In this document: positions 35,922 to 39,646 of the stretch, piece by piece | Layout of the letters: each line of letters starts with the position of its first letter | Position numbering within the stretch: position 1 is the first letter of the stretch | From: an uncultured Gammaproteobacteria bacterium | GTDB taxonomy: Bacteria; Patescibacteriota; Microgenomatia; UBA1406; GWC2-37-13 | Length of the DNA: 39,646 nt | Direction: 5' to 3' | NCBI GenBank assembly: GCA_964649995.1 | Contig: CAZYRU010000001.1 | Location: 1 to 39,646 of the forward strand | Notes under the pieces: model-generated | What the model was told of the DNA's origin: nothing | Databases searched by the model: none | Seen by the model: only the letters and a program-made list of their open reading frames with translations | Translations under genes and position numbers: made by a program

Positions 35922-36794
35922 ATGCGACCAAAGGTTAATATCATTCAAGCTAAATCAATCTTTACTAAATCAGGATTGCCTGGTTCTGATTGGGTGATTA
36001 ACCCCTATAATGGCTGTTTATTCGGTTGTATGTATTGTTATGCGGCACAAATTGCTCGCTGGAAACATCCAGATGAAGAATGGGGAACATATTTAGATGT
36101 TAAAATAAATGCCCCTGAATTGTTAAAAAATGAACTTGAGAGATTAGAAAAGAGATTAAAGACAAAAGACTTTGGTTCTGTTTTCTTCAGTTCGGTGACT
36201 GACCCTTATGTTGGAATGGAGGCTAAATATCAACTTACTAGGAAATGCTTAGAAGTTTTAGCCAATTTCGGTTATGAAGGAAACGTTTCTATTCAAACAA
36301 AGTCGCCATTAGTAACAAAAGACATTGACGTTTTACAGAGATTAAAAGACGTAGCGGTAGGCTTTACCGTAACAACTCTTGATGATAAAGTTTCAAGGTT
36401 TCTGGAAGTTAAAGCTCCGCCAGTAAGTTCAAGAATGCAAGCACTGAAAGAACTGCATGAATCAGGAATACCAACTTATACGTTTATCGGTCCAATTCTG
36501 CCCCATTTTACCAGTGATGAAAAGAAAATTAACGAGCTTCTAGATAAACTTCAGGAAGTTGGTATTAAGGAAGTTTGGTTTGAACATATTAATTTGAGTC
36601 CAAAGATAAAAGCAAGATTATTTGATTTCCTTAGGAAAGAGTCACCTGAATTATTGCCAGAATTTGAAAAAGCAGACACGGAAGAATATCGAAGTAGATT
36701 GGAAGACGTTATTCATGAAGCCATGAAGGGGAGAAATTTAAAGATGGGATTGGGTAAGGTAATCCACCATAGAAAATTGCCCAAGAAGAATTGA
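35922..36794 (+). CDS. radical SAM protein, SplB/COG1533 (spore-photoproduct-lyase-like) family
   Basis: INPYNGCLFGCMYCYAAQ is a CX3CX2C cluster in the context typical of COG1533. TIM-barrel-like length of 290 aa. 2-nt gap after the AbiEii-like gene. Confidence 0.7.
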   Translation: MRPKVNIIQAKSIFTKSGLPGSDWVINPYNGCLFGCMYCYAAQIARWKHPDEEWGTYLDVKINAPELLKNELERLEKRLKTKDFGSVFFSSVTDPYVGMEAKYQLTRKCLEVLANFGYEGNVSIQTKSPLVTKDIDVLQRLKDVAVGFTVTTLDDKVSRFLEVKAPPVSSRMQALKELHESGIPTYTFIGPILPHFTSDEKKINELLDKLQEVGIKEVWFEHINLSPKIKARLFDFLRKESPELLPEFEKADTEEYRSRLEDVIHEAMKGRNLKMGLGKVIHHRKLPKKN

Positions 36795-36804
36795 GATAAA
36801 AAAA

Positions 36805-36832
36805 GAAAGCTGAATATTTCTATCCAGCTTTC
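36805..36832. terminator. hairpin between convergent genes (bidirectional terminator candidate)
   Basis: GAAAGCTG (36805-36812) / CAGCTTTC (36825-36832), an 8-bp stem with a 12-nt loop, flanked by A-rich and T-containing sequence. Confidence 0.45.
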
Positions 36833-36850
36833 AATCGAAAGGAATCATCC

Positions 36851-37084
36851 TCAGGATTTCTTATCCGTTGGATTACTTTTAATTTTAACCGATTTCTCTT
36901 TCTTTTCCACGGGTTTTACTTCTTCCACTTGCTTCTGTTTTAACTCGGCTAGTCTTGCTTTTCTTCTTTCAAGATAGGCACGCCTAGTTGCTTTGCCCTT
37001 TTCACTTTGTTGGTATTTCTTCCTGGCAAGCTTGCCTTTTTCGCTTTGAGCATATCGGCGTTGTGCCTGACTCCATTTACCCAT
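36851..37084 (-). CDS. small highly basic repeat protein (77 aa)
   Basis: Tandem motif RRYAQSEKGKLARKKY / QQSEKGKATRRAY followed by a Lys/Glu-rich tail. GGAGGTGA SD before the ATG. Confidence 0.5.
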   Translation of the reverse strand: MGKWSQAQRRYAQSEKGKLARKKYQQSEKGKATRRAYLERRKARLAELKQKQVEEVKPVEKKEKSVKIKSNPTDKKS

Positions 37085-37335
37085 ATATTCTCACCTCCAA
37101 TCTTGCTTGGTTTTAACTATTAATTTAATTATCACGACTAACTTTGAATCAGGCACGATGGCTTAAGGGTGGCTAACCGGGTAAGACGGTGGCAGTTTTA
37201 CGATATGGTCTTTAGAATTTCTGATAAATCTAGTAAAATAATGATGCCCCTATTTCATAGGCGGCTCTGAAAATAAAAGGACAATTAGGAGAATGAGGAA
37301 AATGATTGTCTTTTATTATTTAAAGGAGTGCGTCT

Positions 37336-38250
37336 ATGAAAACACACAACATCACAGTTTTATTTCCCAAATCAGAGTTCACCCAAGAACAGCTGGCAAA
37401 GTTGCAGTTTGCAGGAACAGTAACCTTCGTGGATAGCAAGAGGCAAAGTTCCCTTAAAGATTTAATTAAGATTTCCAAGAGTGCGGATATTATTGCTTTT
37501 AGCCCTGATGAGTTTGGCAAATATGCCTCAAGGTATTTATCTGAAATCCTAAAGGCTTCGCCTAACGTCAAAGGCTTAGCTTTAAGTACCAATCACGCCG
37601 ACTATGTTGATATGGAGTATTGCCGGAAAAGAGGCATTAAAGTGGTTCACATTCTTGACTATACGGCTGAGGCAGTTGCCGAGCATGTCATTTTACTTTT
37701 GTTAGGCTGTGCTAAAAGACTGTTTATCAATGATAGAAGAACGTACAGGAGAAGGTATCAGCCCGAGTTGGGATTTGAGATTAGAGGCAGAACACTGGGT
37801 GTTATCGGCACCAATCAAGAAGCTCAAAGAGTAATAGGACTGGCAAAGGCAATAGGAATGATAGTTTATTCCACCAAAAGGTTTGAAGGAGCTGTCAGGC
37901 AGCCATTCGTGCTTCACAACGACATGATTACCATCCATTTGCCCAATACGGAAGAGAATAAGAAGTTTCTCTCTAAAGAAAAAATTGCCCGGTTGAAAGA
38001 AGGAACAATCGTTATCAATCTTTCAGACCGAGAATTGGTTGATGAGAAATCGATGGCCGAAGCCTTAAAGACCGGCAAAGTCGCTCAATATGCCTTTGAG
38101 GCAGAATCCCTGCATAAATCACCGCTTGAGGGGATAGAAACTGCCTTGATGTTTAAGCCATTCAGCCGGCTTACCAGGGAATCTGTTGCCAGAAATAGGT
38201 ATGAGTGGGTGAAGAATATTGCCAATCTAGCAGGACACCATACTTCCTAA
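37336..38250 (+). CDS. D-isomer-specific 2-hydroxyacid dehydrogenase-fold protein, apparently degenerate
   Basis: Family pattern GRTLGVIGTNQEAQRV..., ITIHLPNTEENKKFL and VINLSDRELVDEKSMAEALKTGKV. The GxGxxG motif is reduced to G-T-N-Q-E-A, and the expected catalytic His context (TPH) reads KPF. AGGAG SD. Confidence 0.6.
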   Translation: MKTHNITVLFPKSEFTQEQLAKLQFAGTVTFVDSKRQSSLKDLIKISKSADIIAFSPDEFGKYASRYLSEILKASPNVKGLALSTNHADYVDMEYCRKRGIKVVHILDYTAEAVAEHVILLLLGCAKRLFINDRRTYRRRYQPELGFEIRGRTLGVIGTNQEAQRVIGLAKAIGMIVYSTKRFEGAVRQPFVLHNDMITIHLPNTEENKKFLSKEKIARLKEGTIVINLSDRELVDEKSMAEALKTGKVAQYAFEAESLHKSPLEGIETALMFKPFSRLTRESVARNRYEWVKNIANLAGHHTS

Positions 38251-38426
38251 CTGAGTTTATGAGCAAGAAATCAATTCTGATGAGTTCCTGATTGTTTAGA
38301 ATCAATCGCATGGTTTGAAGCTATATCTTTTATTAGGTTTGCAAATATCGCTTGTTAAATCGCGTTCTAGAGCTTTATACGAGAGTAAAACAGTTAAATC
38401 GAATCTAGTACAATAGGAATTAAGAT

Positions 38427-39236
38427 ATGAGAAAATTGCCGATAATTACTCGGAAATCACTGCTTTATAAAAGCGGGGTGGAATACACTGATTACTGCAT
38501 AAACCATGTCGAAGGCTGTTCGCATGGTTGTAGATTCCCTTGTTACGCGATGATGATGGCGATGAGAAGCGGACGGATTAAAGGTTATCAGGATTGGATT
38601 AAACCGAAGTTAGTAGGAAATGCTTTAGAACTGCTTGAGAAAGAAATCCCCCGACACAAGCACAAGATAAAGTTCGTCCATCTCTGTTTCAGCACCGACC
38701 CCTTTATGTACCAACAACCGGAAGTAACAGCAATGACCCTAAAGATTCTCGCCAGATTGCATAAAGATAATATCCGTTGTACGTTGTTGACTAAAGGAAT
38801 TTATCCTGAAGAATTATTGGATAAAACTACTTATGGTAAAGATAACGAATATGGAATCACCCTTATTTCCTTAGATGATGAGTTTAAAAGGAGATTTGAA
38901 CCTTACAGTGCTTCCTATCCACAAAGGATTGCCGGATTAAGAAAACTCCATGAGGCAGGCTTTAAAACTTGGGTTAGCATTGAACCATATCCCACTCCCA
39001 ATATTGTTGTTCAAGATTTAAACAAGATTCTATCGGCTGTCTCGTTTGTTGCCAAAATTATCTTTGGCAAATGGAATTACAGCCGGCTTTCCTCTGAATA
39101 TAAAGGGAGAGAACAATATTATGATAATTGTGCAGAAATAGTGACCTCCTTTTGCAAAAGAGAAAATATTGACTGCCATATCAAGTTTGGAACCAGAACC
39201 AGCAAGAAATATTTTGGGCTGTACCCCGTATACTAA
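38427..39236 (+). CDS. SplB/COG1533-like radical SAM-related protein with atypical Cys spacing
   Basis: Aligns by eye with gene 35922..36794: KSGV..D.CIN..EGC vs KSGLPGSDWVINPYNGC, FSTDPF vs SSVTDPY, and LRKLHEAGF vs LKELHESGI. The cluster motif is CSHGCRFPCYA (CX3CX3C). Confidence 0.55.
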   Translation: MRKLPIITRKSLLYKSGVEYTDYCINHVEGCSHGCRFPCYAMMMAMRSGRIKGYQDWIKPKLVGNALELLEKEIPRHKHKIKFVHLCFSTDPFMYQQPEVTAMTLKILARLHKDNIRCTLLTKGIYPEELLDKTTYGKDNEYGITLISLDDEFKRRFEPYSASYPQRIAGLRKLHEAGFKTWVSIEPYPTPNIVVQDLNKILSAVSFVAKIIFGKWNYSRLSSEYKGREQYYDNCAEIVTSFCKRENIDCHIKFGTRTSKKYFGLYPVY

Positions 39237-39276
39237 GACCATATTCTGAGAAAATTATTAGTTAAAATATCAGAAT

Positions 39277-39522
39277 ATGTTTAAACGAGTACCGACTGAA
39301 ACCAAACGGGAGGTTTTGGAGAAAATTAAAAATGGAATGAGTGTTTCTCAGGCCGCTCAAACCTACGCAATCTCTACTAAAACCATATATACCTGGCTTT
39401 CTAATCAAACCAGACCTGAGATATCAGTTTTAGAATACAATCGCTTGAAGCGTGAAAACGAAGAGTTAAAAAGAATCATTGGTTTAATTACGCTTGAACT
39501 TGAAAGAGGAAAAAAAAAATAG
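39277..39522 (+). CDS. IS3-family OrfA-like HTH protein
   Basis: SVSQAAQTYAISTKTIYTWL is an HTH, followed by the leucine-zipper-like segment LEYNRLKRENEELKRIIGLITLELE. The gene ends in an A10 run (39510-39519) immediately before TAG. Confidence 0.55.
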   Translation: MFKRVPTETKREVLEKIKNGMSVSQAAQTYAISTKTIYTWLSNQTRPEISVLEYNRLKRENEELKRIIGLITLELERGKKK

Positions 39523-39556
39523 AAATCATTAATAAGTCAGATAATAAAAAGTTAGG

Positions 39557-39603
39557 TAATTGCACCTGAAATTTAAAAAAATATAAAATAAAAGGTGCAA
39601 TTA
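39557..39603. repeat. 11-bp perfect inverted repeat
   Basis: TAATTGCACCT (39557-39567) and AGGTGCAATTA (39593-39603) separated by 25 A/T-rich nt, 35 nt downstream of the OrfA-like gene. Confidence 0.4.
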
Positions 39604-39646
39604 TGTTTAAGTATATCAAACTAAAAAGAAGTCAGATAAATAAATT

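Larger units (their letters stand above)
26298..39646. mobile_element. integrated genomic (defence) island adjacent to tRNA-Asn; right end not in window
   Basis: A serine recombinase gene abuts and overlaps the tRNA 3' end. Cargo includes R-M genes, lexA, an AbiEii-type gene, radical SAM genes and an IS3 OrfA-like gene. Hand counts on single 60-nt lines give 33% GC at 1021-1080, against 53% at 27301-27360, 47-50% at 34141-34260 and 45% at 34741-34800. The R-M part is 32% at 31741-31800, so the island is mosaic. Confidence 0.6.

Noticed and set aside
34126-35938. Internal or antisense ORFs 34126..34323(-), 34875..35084(-), 34994..35179(+), 35226..35510(-), 35606..35938(+)
   Set aside because: All are nested in the small basic protein gene or the AbiEii-like gene and lack motifs. 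They are most likely frame artefacts.
39510-39646. Programmed -1 frameshift into an IS3 OrfB
   Set aside because: Both shifted frames hit stop codons within about 20 nt of the A10 run, and no transposase-like sequence follows before the window ends.
26298-39646. Direct repeat of the tRNA-Asn 3' end marking the right island junction (attR)
   Set aside because: Visual scanning for GGTTCGAGTCC or GGCGGGGGAG found no second copy. Serine recombinases need only very short crossover identity, and the junction may lie beyond the window.
1-39646. CRISPR arrays, rRNA genes, or alternative genetic code (UGA recoding)
   Set aside because: No regularly spaced direct repeats or rRNA-like sequence was seen. 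Conserved genes end at TAA, TAG or TGA at the expected protein lengths (for example the GT2 gene stops at TGA), so the standard code fits.

Overview
AT-rich, very gene-dense bacterial sequence using the standard genetic code. Gene content suggests a Patescibacteria/CPR-like organism (inference only): small genes, many secreted or membrane proteins of unknown function, T4SS-type pilin paralogs, and competence and nucleotide-salvage genes.

Positions 1-26297 look like core chromosome. They carry ribA-like, murT-gatD, a PspC-domain gene, a nuclease/cohesin/giant-membrane-protein cluster, tRNA-Pro, a dockerin-tailed glycoside hydrolase, rpe, dprA, rpiB, tatD, glycosyltransferases, dcd-thyA-folA, queA, comM, two pilin-like genes, yqeY and tRNA-Asn.

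From the 3' end of tRNA-Asn (26297) to the window end lies an integrated island of at least 13.3 kb with heterogeneous composition. It opens with a decayed large serine recombinase: one nonsense codon, two frameshifts, and a restored reading frame that runs into the tRNA.

The island cargo looks like defence genes:
- A restriction-modification locus with two beta-class DNA methyltransferases flanking a tandemly duplicated PvuII-like nuclease.
- A lexA-methyltransferase operon.
- Divergent from lexA across a 7-N9-7 palindrome, a four-gene operon: a basic 106-aa protein, a tail-anchored 77-aa protein, an AbiEii nucleotidyltransferase fused to a WYL-like domain, and an SplB-type radical SAM enzyme. 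I consider this the best candidate for an undescribed system.
- A second module: a degenerate 2-hydroxyacid-dehydrogenase-like gene plus a second SplB-like protein with an unusual CX3CX3C motif.
- An IS3 OrfA-like HTH gene at the window edge.

No CRISPR array or rRNA was seen. All family assignments come from motif recognition by eye and need profile or structure searches.
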